62,000 bases of DNA from Lama guanicoe (Eukaryota): the NCBI GenBank assembly GCA_013239625.1, contig MU054187.1, positions 13,920,974 to 13,982,973 of the forward strand, read 5' to 3'. Shown here piece by piece: positions 1 to 13,363 of the stretch. Within the stretch, counting starts at the first letter, position 1. Each line of letters begins with the position of its first letter. The notes beneath the pieces are model-generated. The model searched no databases. It was not told where the DNA came from and saw nothing but the letters and a program-made list of their open reading frames with translations. The position numbers were made by a program, and so were the translations under genes.

Positions 1-1399
1 TGTCCAGCTGGTAGAAAAGCCTTCATAAAAAGGTCTGTCCTAAGGAGTATCCAATTCAGAATGTTTTTATTATGCTTCTTCTGTCAGTGTCAATTCAAAT
101 GTCTCATAAATCTGTTAATGTGATTTGATTCATTCGACCATGTGATCAGAATAAAGAAAACATCCTACATGAGTTCATTTCCATAAATAAACAAAAGACC
201 AAGGAGAGGAAGAGAGAGTAGCCAAATGACTCCTCCCAAAGATTTGCATGTTTGGGGCATTGAGAGGGAGAGATCCTCAGAACTCGACTGAAATGATCTG
301 AGTAGCTAATGTGAGGCAGGATGTTAGAGGCCCGTTTTCTAAGCTTCAGGCGAGAGGTCCAGAGTTCCAAGAAACAGGGATGAACATTTTCACGTAGCAC
401 GTTCATCTGCACATTGGCTCTCTGGGGGATGCTGAGGAGCTGTGAAGAGCACCTGGATCCAGGCTTCACTCCTTCCTTTGAGGAAGACCACAGGCTGGTT
501 GGGAAAGCCACCCTCAGTGGGATGACAGAGCCCCCCTGTTCTTCACGGGATGCTGAATGGTAATCATTTGAGAGTAGCCAGCACATTCATGGACCTTCTA
601 CTCTCCAATTTTTCTGGCTTGTTTACCTGAGAAAAAAGTGCAAGAGGGAACCACACTCTCCTGTAAAGTGAGGACCAGGAGAGACAGAGTAAGATGTTGA
701 GATAACACTGTCGAGGGCTGAAAGTAATACTTGTCCTGGCAAAAATCGATTGATAACCATTGACATTCCAAACACGCCTTTTGCACTTACAGTGTGCTAG
801 GCCCAGTCCTCCCAGTGGGTCTCCTTGCAATTCAGAGAGAGGAAAGGAAAAAATCCCCCGGCATGCCCAACCCTTTACATACACCACCCATGTTTACCCG
901 TGTTGACCGTAACAGTCCAGTGAGGAAGGTGTTATCATTCCGTTTTGTAGCAGAAGTAAATGAGGCTAAGAAAAGTCCAGCAACTGATCCCGGGTACCTG
1001 AGCTGGTAGATTGCAGAGTGAGTGTCAAAGAATGTCATCCATCTCTTGCCTGAGGCCTGGTCTCTGTGTTGCCCCAGGTTGCCTTCTTCCCGCCAAAGAG
1101 TTGAGCTAACAAAACCCCTCTCTGTCCCTCCCAAGAAACTGCACATTCCACATTTCTCTGGCTTAGTGAACACTTTAAAAATATTTTTTCCTCCAAAAAT
1201 AAAACTAAAAATCTACTTTTTTATGACCACTAATAGCATTCGTGACTTTGTAAAGTAAGATGATGAAGTGAAAATCAGTGTGTGCCAGGGTGAAAACTAA
1301 ACATCCGTATTGTCAGCAAAGGATTTCTCTTGTTGGAGATACATTCTACCTGGATTAGCATATTTAATAGGCTTTTGCTCTCTCCTCAGGCTAAATTAT

Positions 1400-1623
1400 G
1401 TTGATTGTCAGTGACTGTTAAACCTAACTGCACAGCAGAATCACTGAGGGGAAGCCTCAGGGAAAAAAAAGAAAAAGAAAAACTCAAAAAGATTTTGATG
1501 CCAAAACACCATCATCAGAAATTCTATTTTAATTATCCTATGGTAGAATCCAGGCATATGTATGTGTTTTTCTTAATTCCCCAGAAGGTTCTAATGTGCA
1601 GCCAAGTTTTGAAATCACTGAGC
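1400..1623. mobile_element. hAT-Charlie DNA transposon remnant, MER5A-like
   Basis: Ends in TCCCCAGAAGGTTCTAATGTGCAGCCAAGTTTTGAAATCACTG, matching the recalled MER5A terminus (CTCCCCAGGTGATTCTAATGTGCAGCCAGGGTTGAGAACCACTG). Confidence 0.7.
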
Positions 1624-2014
1624 TCCACCATGTGATAACCGCACTGGTAAACTTGGAGCTAAATCATGTGTTTAGAAGACGGATGAGAATCCTCAGTTAT
1701 ATGTCCTGCCTTTATCTTTTGTACATCATCAGCCAGATGGTGGAAGACAGCTTGGTGATGGATCAATAACACTTATGAACAAAACTGTAGGTCACAGGAT
1801 GTTTTGGATCCCGACTGATTAAATATCTTAAAACTTAAGCAGTTAGGACATTGAGAATAAAAAGAGAACCTCTTCCATCTCCCGTCGTCAAGCCAAAGAT
1901 TGGCTACAAAACTTTAAACGTTTCTAGTCTGTTAAGCAAATAAAATGCCCCAGAGTTTTTAGGAAAGTACCATGAATATTCTTTCTTATTTTCTCATGAT
2001 TACACTGATACCAC

Positions 2015-2930
2015 ATTTACTTGTTCACTTATCAAATATTTTTGAGAATCTATCCTATTTTAAGTGCTGAGGTTGGTTCTTGTTTGTATTAAATTTACAG
2101 TCTAGTGTCATGAGCATAAATGAAGGAATAGACAGACCAGAAACAATCAGGACTAGCATGAAAACCAGAGAGCATGATGGAGACGTGGGAGTCAGTGACG
2201 GGGGGAGGCTTCTCTGAGGAGGTGACGATGGAGCTAAGACCCAAGTGACAGGAAGGAGCCAGCCTTCTGAAAATCTGGGAGAAGAGCATGTCCTCAAGGC
2301 AGGAGAGGGCTTAGTACAGTGGAGGCCCCGGAGCTAGAACAGCGAGAAGGAAAGCAAGAGTCAGGGGGACAGGGACGTACAGCCGGCCCATGACCAGTCA
2401 CGTGGGCAGTGTCTTCATGCTGTACATCCTGGGGCTTTAGAAAACAAAGGAAAGAAAAGAAAAGACCCAAAGCCCAGACCCACCCTAGATCCACTGATTC
2501 AAAAATCTCAGGAATCTCAACATTAGTTTTCTCCATGTGCTCCTAACGTGTGGAAAGGATGAGATCCACTAAGGAAAGCTTTAAGAACCAGGTGTGGGAT
2601 TTTACTTTACACATCATGGGAAGTAACTAACTGAATGGCTTTAAGCTAGACAGTGACACTACTTAGTGGACACTGGATCGGGGGGGACTCAGCAAGATCA
2701 AAAGGAAGGGAATCCAGTTGAGGCAACTGCAGTATTTCAGAAGAAAGGTGGTGATGGTGTGTCCTAGTGTTTCACGTGTTTCCAGAAGAAGGGAATGGCC
2801 AACTGGTTTAAAGGCTGTTGAGGGGCCAGTAGAGAGGTAGCCACCAGAAAAATCTTTGCCCTGATTTGAGGTTTGGCGAATATAGTCACCAAAAATAACA
2901 CTGTTAATGACACTAAGATTTCTTGCCACA
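2015..2930 (-). mobile_element. L2 LINE fragment(s): 3' end plus a piece of reverse transcriptase
   Basis: Reverse-complement L2 tail near 2020 and typical GGAGGCTTCTCTGAGGAGGTGAC body; minus ORF 2663-2929 contains STAFKPVGHSLLLET, resembling the L2/CR1 RT motif SAAFDTVDHSLLLET. Confidence 0.75.
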
Positions 2931-3796
2931 AGTTAACACATACTTTTTTTTTAATATATCTGGACTGAAAATATATAGGTGAAGATGTTAAAGGGATGTG
3001 TGTGTGTGTGTAGGAATAATGCAACATGATTACAAGGTAAGTAAGATTTAGGTTTAATACCAGCACAGAAAAAAGCATGTGGGTCTCATTTCTTCCTAAG
3101 GTGCAGTAATTGGATACATTCCAGAGAAGACAAATAGTGACTCAGTACATTTTACATATTTTCTACTTCTCTTTTTCTTTAAAAATTCAGTCAGACCTAA
3201 GAGAGCTGATGTGTCAGGAACAACAGTTACTGGCAAGGCTAGAAATTTCAATCCGTTAAATGACCTGCTTTGAAACGAGCGGAGCACATCCACAAAAGGA
3301 CCCCTCAAATAAATAAGCTGAATGGTTTCTACCACTAGTTTGAGATTTCCACTGAAAATTGTGTAATGTGAATGGAATACTAAGGTATTTTCAAAACAAC
3401 CTTAATTTGTTTTAAGGAGAGTGCAGTGCATTAAGTGAGCCCTGAACCGCAAAGGGCCGGCTGTTTCGATGACAACAAGAAATTGCACACAGATTACTGC
3501 TAACTTGAGTTTAGTCATTATCAGGGATCTTCATTTCCAAAAACAAGCAAAAAAACTAAAACTAGAATTTCACCCCTCAAATGTCCTGAAGCGTTCCATG
3601 TTAAGGGGAACTGTGAAAAATTAAAATAGTGCAGGATCCCTGAAGTTGACGCTAGACATGTGCCAAATAGAGCCAAAAACATGTGTGCAGCCATTATTCA
3701 TGTACAGTAAAGAACAGCGTATTTGTGTTCCTCTTCATATAGCAAGCAAGCAGGAGTCTCTCTCACAGATCCTCATAGTGATGCCTCAATAACGGA

Positions 3797-4005
3797 ATTA
3801 AGATACTAACTACTATGTAGAAAAGAGATAAACAGCAAGGTCCTACTGTGTAGCACAGGGAACTGTATTCAATATCTTGTAGTGACCTACAATGAAAAAA
3901 GATATGGAAAGGAAAATATATATGTATATGGATGACGGAAACATTACACTGACACCAGAAATTGACACAACATTGTAAACTGACTATGCTTCCATTTTTT
4001 TTTTA
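3797..4005 (+). mobile_element. 5'-truncated L1 3' UTR, cetartiodactyl/camelid type
   Basis: GATAAACAGCAAGGTCCTACTGTGTAGCACAGGGAACTGTATTCAATATCTTG...CACCAGAAATTGACACAACATTGTAAACTGACTA; similar to copies at 16044, 23271 and 42088. Confidence 0.9.
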
Positions 4006-6519
4006 ATGGAAAAAATAATGAAATCAGCTCCTCTAATTTTGTAGAGTCTGAGAGAAGGTCTGCATCTTTTGTTCCGCACGACTGAAATATGAATATGTAG
4101 CCCCAAGATGTTGTTCAACTTGCAAAGCAGAGTGTAACACCCAGGCAAAAGTATACCCCGAGAGCAAAGCTCCCCTCTCACAGTCCTAAAGAGATCATAA
4201 TAGTCACCCTTTTAAGGCTCCATCTGGCATGCCCTGCATTAAGCTGCTGCATTTATGACCCATGATCTTTTATATCACCAGGAAATATTTACTGAAGGAA
4301 ATATTTGTTCAGGTTTGTTTGTCATGGGGTGACCACCTGTTTGGAGCCATTGCGATAATCAGTGTTTGAACTATTACAGATTCAGATTTGCTCTTTGCAA
4401 CCAAAATCTAAAACTTCTTATACATTCTTGGGTTTTCATCCCAAATACAGAAGAGCTAAATGAAAGACACGATCTTAGGTATAAAAGGATCTAGAGATAA
4501 ATACGTTTGCTCCTTTTCATTGAGGCAAACAGCTGGCTAATGCTAACTGTGCAGCTGGAAATTTGGTAACTTTCCAAAGAAATATGAAACCAATTTGTTA
4601 TTTCATCAACTATTCCCACGACTTTAGGACAGTTTCCAAAAACTGCTTCATGTCAAATGTTAAAGTAATTATGGCTTTCAGCTTCTTGCGGGTGCTTTGT
4701 GAGAATTTATAAATATACAAGGCACTTGTTGAGATAATAAGGTTGAAATTTATGTACCTAGTCAACTAACCAGATCTACTCTAACTTACTAAAAACTGCA
4801 AAATCAAAATACCCTATTAAAGTGTCCTGGAAATAAGTACCAGGGAATAGTTTTTGATCTGTTACACAGAATGCATACGCTATCTAGGAACATTTTAGAT
4901 CTTACTGTGTCTAAAGCAATTCTATGAGAACTTAAGTTTGTCACCAAATCCTTATCCATCACATACTGAAAAGTATGCTTCTGCATGCATGTCTCATGTA
5001 GAGAATTTCAGTGGCGCTTTGCAAGTGTCCAGAAAGTCATCTGACAATTCCTGAGTAGAGAGCTTGCTAGATATTCTTGGAACTGTTTTTAGGTGAATCC
5101 AGTGGTCAGTTGGGATCATGTTGTGAAAGTCTCCATAAATTACAGGAAGTTCTATTTATTGTGCACATCATGACCTCTCTAGGTTAATGATGATGATGTG
5201 GTGTTATTTAATGATACGAGATAATGAGAACTTCCGATCCTTTTCTGCTCCTCCTTTCATGATTGAGGTGGTGCTGGCGATGTCGTTTGTCATCTCTAAA
5301 GGAGAATCCTTGTTTACCTGAATTTGCAAGGAGTATCGTTATAGGTGTCTTAAAAGATTTTGAAGGCTCTATCAATGCAGTCTCCACAAAGACTTCGGAA
5401 GAAGTACCTATACAGTGGAATAAATCTTCCTGTTTTATCATCTCAGAAACCTGAAGTTCTGGCTTCGGTGCCTTACTAATAAATATAACACTGACAATAA
5501 ATTACCCCCAAAGCCACGAGTGTAATAAAAAAAGTGACCTCATTTGCAATGTGGGGTCAGCAACAGGCCACTCCAGGCCCATGGGCTCAGAGGAGACCCC
5601 TCCGGTGGTGCCCGCGTTGGCTAGAGACCATGAGAGTAGCTTTTCGTTTCTATCAATTTGATTGGTTTATTCTTCTACTTATGTTTTTAACTCTATCGCC
5701 AAGAAAATGTGCTGCCAATGGGAATAGCTTAATAAAGTGAAATGAAGTCTGCGGGATTCCATATCTAGCACCTGCCAGGTTTAGAGCCTTTTTTCATCCA
5801 TCGGGGATAACCCTTGCTGACAAAGCGTTGCTCTGTGAAACCAATCATCCCGCCTCACTCACAGTAACGCGGCGGGAACTGGATTATGCTTATGCCGACC
5901 ATGGCGAGTCCGTGGCAGCTCCCAAGGGCTGGTCTGAAATGCTGCTGGGAAGTGTCTCATGGAGACTTTTAGGGCAGCTGGGGAGGAAGAGGTGAACAAA
6001 CAGCTAAAAGAGGACTCTCGTTGTCATCTGGGTGTTTTTGAATTGTTTCTAATGGTCAGAACTTTCAAAAATGTGTATCTGTGTCAAACCGTTTTTTAGA
6101 TCCCTTTTCCTACCCGACTTGTCATCTGCAGTATTATTTCTTTGTCCTTCTTTGACCATCTTTTCCTTTCTTAATACGAGGACACCAAACCCTTTCCTTT
6201 GAAATATTTTCATCAGGATGTTGCATGATGGGTCAGGGCTAGAAAACTTACTGCAATTCTGAGGTTGTCCTTGATCCTGAGAGACAGCTTGTATCTTTCA
6301 CATTTTTATAAGTTTGAAGAAAATAGCCCTAAGTTTAGAACTCCACCACCCCTGCTTTAATGTGTGATACCCATGGGAACTTTTCTAGCTGTGCCTTAAG
6401 CCTAGCTTACAAAGACAGAGCTTCACCCCAGATCTCTGCCTCTCGATGAGTGGGTGATCCAGAACAGACCCGCGTTCTTCAGTGACCCAAGCATGAATGC
6501 TCTGACATGCCCACTGGAA

Positions 6520-6630
6520 CTTCAGCTCTTCCTGAAGGCAGGTTCTCTAGGTGATTTTTGTATCATACCTATCATAGTGCTGAGTGTAATGCCTTTACTC
6601 ATAGAATTGTTCAATTAATGCTTGTAAATG
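6520..6630 (+). mobile_element. L2 3' tail fragment
   Basis: AGCTCTTCCTGAAGGCAGG...TTCAATTAATGCTTGTAAATG resembles a degenerate L2 terminus. Confidence 0.45.
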
Positions 6631-7804
6631 TGGGGTTTTCCTTTGTTTATTCTGCCCTGCTACTCCTGGAAATCTAAAACTAGCTGATGCTAAAACCTAG
6701 CTCTTGGGAATCCTGTTGGTCTAAGAGGCTAATAAATCGTGGGTTTCTTTTTGGTAGGATAAAGAAAGCCCACTCCTCTTCCTACTGGGCTCACCCTCGC
6801 CTCCCACCCCACCCCCCACACACAAGCCTATTGGTTTCTATTCCATTTCTATGTCCCTACTTCCTCCAGCCCCATTAGCACCATATGCCCTAATAGTAGG
6901 GGTGCTCTGCTACACGGTATAGGGTGGTGGGTTTCTAGTGGATTAATACTGAGGGCCAGAATCCTGTGAGGAATGGTCTTTTAGGGGAAGAGGCCCAGGA
7001 CGAGCTTATTCTTAGATGACTATCTGGTGGGTCAAGGAGGTGACAGATCAGTGCAGAGAATCTCTTATTGTCTCTCTTCTTGCAGCCTCTTGAGTGGTGC
7101 CTCTCTGGGACCGTCTTTGCCAACATAGCACCATCTCTGCTGGGCTCTATCACTGCAAAGCATCACAGGGGGAGTCTTACAGCACGGCTTTCTTAATTAC
7201 AGGCCTTAGTTCCAAAATGCAGACACTCAAGCAACATGTACCTTGTGTGAAGACCAGGGGAGACTGGCCTGTTAACCATCTTATCAGCTCTCATGGATCA
7301 CCTTCGTCACATCATCACACTCACTTTGCATAAGTCAGAGAGCCAGATGAAATGTACTGGAGAATAGTTTTTTCCTACATGCCAGTCTAGTGCTGATACC
7401 TTGAACAAGTCAACTGGAGCTTCCTTAACTGTACAATTGAAATAGCACTGCTTTCCCCCGACCCCTAGTTTAAAAAACTAAATAAATAACAAATAAAAGG
7501 TTCAACTGGAAAGGACTCAGCTCTTTTCAACCAAAACACACTGCTCAAAAACAGTTCTCCAATACATGTTTGGTTTTCAGAACTTTACAAAACAGATGAG
7601 TATTTAAACAAAAATCATTTACTTTCAAAACACTGATGAAACAAATCTCCTTAGACTTCATGTGTAATGTATAAAGAAGGGTAAGGGACCAGACAAGAGA
7701 ATGACTCCATGACCGTAGAGTCATAGAATGTTCGGTCTGTCAAGTATCTAAAAAGGTACTAGCCTCATGCTCTGATTTTGGCAGAGAAGGACGGGGACAG
7801 GGAA

Positions 7805-8250
7805 GCAGTAAATATGTATTCATTACACCCGGGCCAGGCACTGTGCTGGCTGCTTAAGGAGGGAGGTGTCTCAAGACATAGACATACAGAAAAATAGCTG
7901 AAGGAGAAACTTGATATTGTGGGAGGACTGAGATTAATTTTACTGAGAAGGGACTCTTGGAAGAGACTGTGTTCAGTATGAGTCTTGAAGGAGTAAAGTA
8001 TCAGCTAAGCAGAGCTGTAAGTACTGCATGCTTAACACAGGGCAGTTTTTATGTTGGGGTGCTGTTCAGGAATATTATAGTCCGTTTGCCTGATGCATCG
8101 GTACAAAGAGAGAATAAGGGACTATTGAGCTGGCTGATTGAGGATAGACCAGTGTGAAAACCAGTTTAATTAATTTGAGTTTCATCTGCAGGCCTTAGAC
8201 TTTGAAAGTTTTTGAGCATGGGACTGAAATGATCAGAGCTGTCTATATTT
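7805..8250 (-). mobile_element. L2 fragment
   Basis: GCCAGGCACTGTGCTGG...TTTTGAGCATGGGACTGAAATGATCAGAGCTG, typical antisense L2. Confidence 0.6.
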
Positions 8251-8294
8251 AGATACAGAATCAGGCTTTTACCCACATGCCTATAGAATACCTT

Positions 8295-8321
8295 GAGAGA
8301 GAGAGAGAGCGTGTGTGTGTG
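8295..8321. repeat. Compound (GA)n(GT)n microsatellite
   Basis: Directly visible. Confidence 0.9.
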
Positions 8322-9669
8322 TTTTTTGTTTTGCTTTTTGTAACGTCTTCATGGGTTGAAGAGGACAGTGAAAAAAAAAGACATTTAGAAGCCTAGTCTG
8401 GCAGCAGCAACATGTCATTGGAGTATAACCATCCTCTTTTAAGAAAGCAGTCCAGTTTATTCAGTGGAAAATAACAACATGCTACATTTCTGTGTTTTAG
8501 TCAACTATAATTCATGAATGTTTAGAGTTCAGTCCCTGACTGCGGGACACCATGTCTCTTGGCCCACAATTTTTGGTTACTGAACAAGTTTGAATTTTGT
8601 ATAATAAAAAGATTCTTGAGGTAGCTTGTTTATTCATAAATGAAAACGTATGTACGTTTGTAAAGAATCCCAAGTGAGGCTAGTAGCTTGCTGGAGTCAG
8701 TGCCCCCAGCTCCCTAAGGCTCCATATTTGAGAAAGTATGGTTATTACCTTAGAACTCCATAAAAGGTCCAGTACTTGATTTGTCTATTGGGAGTCAACA
8801 AGTAAGTTTTGCCAATGACACAATCCCTACTCCCTTTTCATAGATTTTTTTTCTGTCCTTCAATCCCCCAAGGGCAAGGATGCAGCTGACTGCAGTTGTG
8901 TTTATTGTTATAACAAATAGAATATCAGATTCTCCTTCTGAGGTGACACTTTGTAACATGATGCGAAAGCAACATTTACAGTTACTGACGATAAAAATGG
9001 CCCCTCAAGTTCTGGTGTTTGGCTTCCAATAATAACGATGCTCTCTGAGTTAAAACTTCCCTACAGGTTCAGAGTCTTCCTAAAAGAGGGAAACTTTTTA
9101 TTCCAGCTGAGGTTGGTGCAAGTAGCTCTTTGCATAGTTTTCCTCCTATTATGTTCATTCTGTTTCCACCAGTGTGAGATGATTCACCAGTGGCTCAAAA
9201 CGTGAAAGGGAAAAATCCTGACTTGAATCCCATGTTTCCCCTTAGGGAAGATAATGCAAACTAAATCCCTGTTAAACCTGGAGAGGATGGGGCTGAGACT
9301 AAGACCTGCTAGAGTCCTGTGTTTCAAAGATGCCATGACTTGATTGAAATGGAAGTCATATATAGCATATTGGGTCATCATAAACTCCCTTTTTCAAATA
9401 CTTGTTTCAAAAACCTAAGGTGTCTTTGTTGACAGCAGAGTCCCTTTTTTCTATGTTTGTAAAAAGGATAGAACATATTCACAGATCTCCCCGAACCCTA
9501 TTTTGGGGCTCTCCTTGGGAAAATGGGTTTTGTACCAACTATACTTTGGGTTTTAGACCAAAGCTTTGAAGGTCAGATAATAAAGCATCTTACTTTTGTA
9601 GATCATTCTGTTGTCTTAATATTTTTCAGGATCCCTAATTTTTTTCTGGAACATTTCTTGATTTCAGTG

Positions 9670-9960
9670 TATATTTACTAAGGATAAATTGAGGCACTGG
9701 ATATATAAAACTGAATAACATGGCCCCTGCTCTTAGCTCTGAATGAGGAAGACAGACTGCCCTCCACTCCAGGAAACCCTCCACTATTGTATGGTATCAT
9801 GAGGACAGATGGAACCACCAAGTAGAACCACCAAGAAAGACAGCCTTTATCTGGGCGCATCAGAGAAGGTATCTAAGAAGAAGTGGCTTGTATCCAGTCT
9901 CGAAGCAGGAGTGGAAGTTTTCCAGATGGACGAAGTGAGGGCTGTGAGACCGAGTAAAGG
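9670..9960 (-). mobile_element. L2 fragment
   Basis: AGGCACTGGATATATAAAACTGAATAACATGGCCCCTGCTCT...CATCAGAGAAGGTATCTAAGAAGAAGTG, antisense L2 pattern. Confidence 0.55.
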
Positions 9961-11974
9961 AGTAGCAACATGGCCTCATTTCCCGTTGTACACATTTGCT
10001 AAGACAAATGCAGAATCATTTAAGCCACTTCCTCCATCCTCTAAGGAGGGAAAAGCTTAACATTTAAAAGAAAAATTAAGTAACTGATTTCCTTATTAAA
10101 TCTCTGTAAAAGATGAGGTTATTTGTCCTTTTAGTCTGCCCAGATCTCAATTTGGATAATTACAATCCTCCTACCTAATTTATCCCTGTAGTTTTAATGG
10201 GTTTCAGAATTTGACTGCATTTCTCTTCAATTGTTGTGCAGTGGTGTTATTTGATATCAAACAGCTGGTACGTCCTACCACAGAGGTGAATATTTTTCAG
10301 CAACCGATGCAGTGATTTCTGTCGTATAGGGCAAGTAAGACAATCTACAAGGGCTTTGAGATGACAAATAACCCCTAAATGCGTAGATGTGAGGCATTAA
10401 TTATTAATAGCAATGGTCACACCCATAGAGTCACTGCTCTTAGAATAACATAGAGCATCGTCTTTGGTCTGCAAAGTCATATATGCAGAGAAAAGTCCTT
10501 GTTTCAATAGATGTTATCTCTGGGTTGACATATGCTCCAAAGTGTCGGTGGTCTTTCTTCTACTTTGCTGAGATCATTTTGGCTTTAATTAAACGCATAC
10601 TGCAGTGCACTAAGAACAGATGTTCATTTTGTTTCTTAATCAACTTAGAGGAAGTTCGTTGGGTCGTTTACATGTGTACCCATGTGCTGTGTAGCCATTC
10701 TCCATTCGATCACTTGTTTGCTTATGTTCGACTGAGGATGACAGAGATTGAAAGTCTGCAACTAAAAGCTACTCTGAAGTCTGACTTCAGTGTGTTAAAT
10801 GAATTCAGTCGTCCTCTTAGGGACCCACGTTATTGCCAGTACTGTTGCTAAGTGCCATGTTTGACACCTCTAATGGAGACAAGCAATCTCTGCCATCCAT
10901 TGTGGTTTCACTTTGCGTTCAGGCACAGGGTAAGTGATAATGACCTAAATGGTAGACATGTAAGCAGCTTCCTTCTCTGTCTTTCCCACATCAGAAAAAG
11001 GTTTTCTTTGCTCTTTTGATGAATGTGGTAAAACATCTGAAATATCTCCCACTGAGAATTGATGTTCACTAAAACATTTATTTCTACCCAAATGTCTGGC
11101 AACTTTATCACCCAAACCTTTGGAAAGTCCCGTGACCTGAGGAAATGTCACCACTGAGATGCACATGCTCACTGCTGACAACTGTAGCCCTGTGTCATGG
11201 CCTCGACCTGTGGAGATAATCAAGGCAGGAACCTCTTTGTTCACTTTAGGGGAATGAAGACAAGCAAGGGCAGCACAGAGTAGTCAGCACCAGCCCCGGG
11301 GAGGCCAGAGCAGTGGTTACTGACCTGGGCTGGCACTGCCAAGAACCAGCCGACGCCATTGTCTCTGTTTGTCTTCCGTGGACAGTCCACTCCCGTAGCA
11401 TCTTCAGTATTGCCCACTGCTCTCACACCTCACCTGCGTCAGGTGCTCTTTTTTGTTGTTTTATGATGATAGTATCTCACCGGAATTCTTCCAGACTTCT
11501 CTGATGAAAAAATCCCAGAAGCATGACAGCCACTCTAAAAACTAGGAATTGCGTACCCAAGGTAGCCGCCGATCCGGACCACCAACATCACAGCTGTAGG
11601 GATGGGGCGTGGTAATACTGACTCCTCTCTACAGTCCTGTAAGTTCACAGGTCTGGAAGAGGAGGAGCAAACGCTGAGTGCCTGTAGACAGTGACACAAG
11701 AATTGAGTGTCTCAAAGAGAGTTTTGGTGTAAGGACAGGTCGACACGATGCTGACAGAAATGTTAATAACAGCCCAGTACCAGGGGTTGATGAGGATGTC
11801 TGGTCCAGCAAAGGCAGAGAGAAGCAGGAATCATGAATGCGAAGTTGCAAACTGCATTTCTGCTTGGCTGTTCTGATCATAGGGTTGGAGAGGCAGAAAA
11901 ACCAGGGAGGAGGCAATGAGTCACCTGACCTTGAGCAATAGCTTTACCTTTCCATCCCAGGAGGAGAAGGATGT

Positions 11975-12340
11975 GTGTGCGGGCAGGAAGGCATTTTCAA
12001 CAGATGTAACTCTGTGCAGAGGCATATGAGAGTGGTGTGTTCCAGAAGAAACAGTGGTTCAGTATGGCCGCAGTGAGGGGGAATGAGTGGACTGGGGCGG
12101 GGGAGAGCTCTTCAGAAAGGAAGTTGAGCCTAGTTGTGAGGACTTCAGGGCCATAAATGGAGTCATGCTTATCCCCAAGGTGCTGGGGAGCCATCACAGG
12201 GAGCCTTTACGTAGAGGAAGGGTGGCATCAAACTTCTTTTAGCAGAATCATAGCACATATATTGAAGTGGGGAGGGATTGTAGGGAGGCAAAAAAAAAAG
12301 TTTTAGGCAGCTTCCTCAGTGGTCCATGACAATAGCTAAC
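11975..12340 (-). mobile_element. L2 fragment
   Basis: GAAGGCATTTTCAACAGATGTAACTCTGTGCAGAGGC...GGGGAGCCATCACAGGG, antisense L2 body. Confidence 0.55.
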
Positions 12341-12804
12341 AAAAGCAAGTATACCTGCCTTCCTCTCTTCCTTCCTTTTTTGGGGGGTTGAGGGTGCAGG
12401 GAGAATCCTGCATATTACTGCATAGCATTCTCTTCCCTCACTGCTGTAATGTAATATGGTACCTAGAAAACTGAGTCTGTTTTGAGTTATAAAGAATCAC
12501 TAGGATACAGAAGCTGCTGGTGGTCACTTAGAAATAGAATTGTACCGGGGAAGAGGTAATTGCCTAGGGACAACAAAAATAAAACAAAATTGATTCTGCT
12601 CATGAAGATTAGTATTAGCATTTGATTGCGCTCACATCCAAGGTTTTAATCAATATTGTCCCTCCTTTTCTTGCTGTCCACACTGTCCCCCTCCCCATAG
12701 GTTTAGCCAAATTAACTACTAATTAAGCTGTAACATTTGATGATGCCTTGTGAAACTTTGCTATATTATTAATAAAGTGAAAGGAATGGCAATCGATTTG
12801 GAAA

Positions 12805-13060
12805 GTTCATCCACTCATTGAACAAACACTGTTTGACCATCTGTGGTACGTGTTTGTCAGCTACTGTGCTAACGATTGGCAACACCAAGATGAAAAACTG
12901 TCGCTGCTTCTCGGAGCTGGAGCAGTGGCATGGGAGGGGTGACTAAGGACCTGATCAAGTGAGTGTATCAAAAAGAAAGTACTAGATTTCCCACACCACA
13001 AAAAAGAAGAGGAAAGGAGGAGGAAATACCAGATCCCAAGGCATCATGGAGGAGTGGATC
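12805..13060 (-). mobile_element. L2 3' fragment
   Basis: TTCATCCACTCATTGAACAAACAC...CTACTGTGCTAA, reverse-complement L2 tail. Confidence 0.5.
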
Positions 13061-13129
13061 TTTTGCTCCTTAGAGTAAATGTTACAATGAGAATATCACT
13101 TCAGATCATCAAAGATGAGCTATTACAGC

Positions 13130-13330
13130 GCCTAGCCTGCCGGGCACTGGTGCCAAACTGCCTGGGTTCAAATCCCAGTTCCCTCACTTACTAGCTCAGC
13201 TTCTTCACCCGTGAAGGTGGATCCTCACATCAGAAGGGTAATTGTGAGGTGCATGAGGGTTAGTATCTATGAAGGGCTCAGAGCAGTGGCTCATGCCTTG
13301 TAGCTGCTCAGTCACTGATATTTATTATTG

Positions 13331-13363
<33 letters not shown>
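13130..13363 (+). mobile_element. MIR SINE with expanded (TTA)n tail
   Basis: CTGCCTGGGTTCAAATCCCAGTTCCCTCACTTACTAGCT core; (TTA)n at about 13323-13363. Confidence 0.85.

Noticed and set aside
146..586. 146-aa minus ORF
   Set aside because: No recognisable domain and random-like composition; ORFs of this length arise by chance in 62 kb
564..627. Minus-strand acceptor TTTTTTCTCAG followed by VNKPEKLESRRSMNVLATLK-stop
   Set aside because: No upstream partner or known match; GTAAACA is equally explained as a FOX-type motif or chance
2663..2929. ORF with an RT-like motif
   Set aside because: Decayed L2 reverse transcriptase remnant, not a host gene
7126..7137. TAGCACCATCT, matching the 5' end of miR-29a
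   Set aside because: Match stops after 11 nt and I see no precursor hairpin
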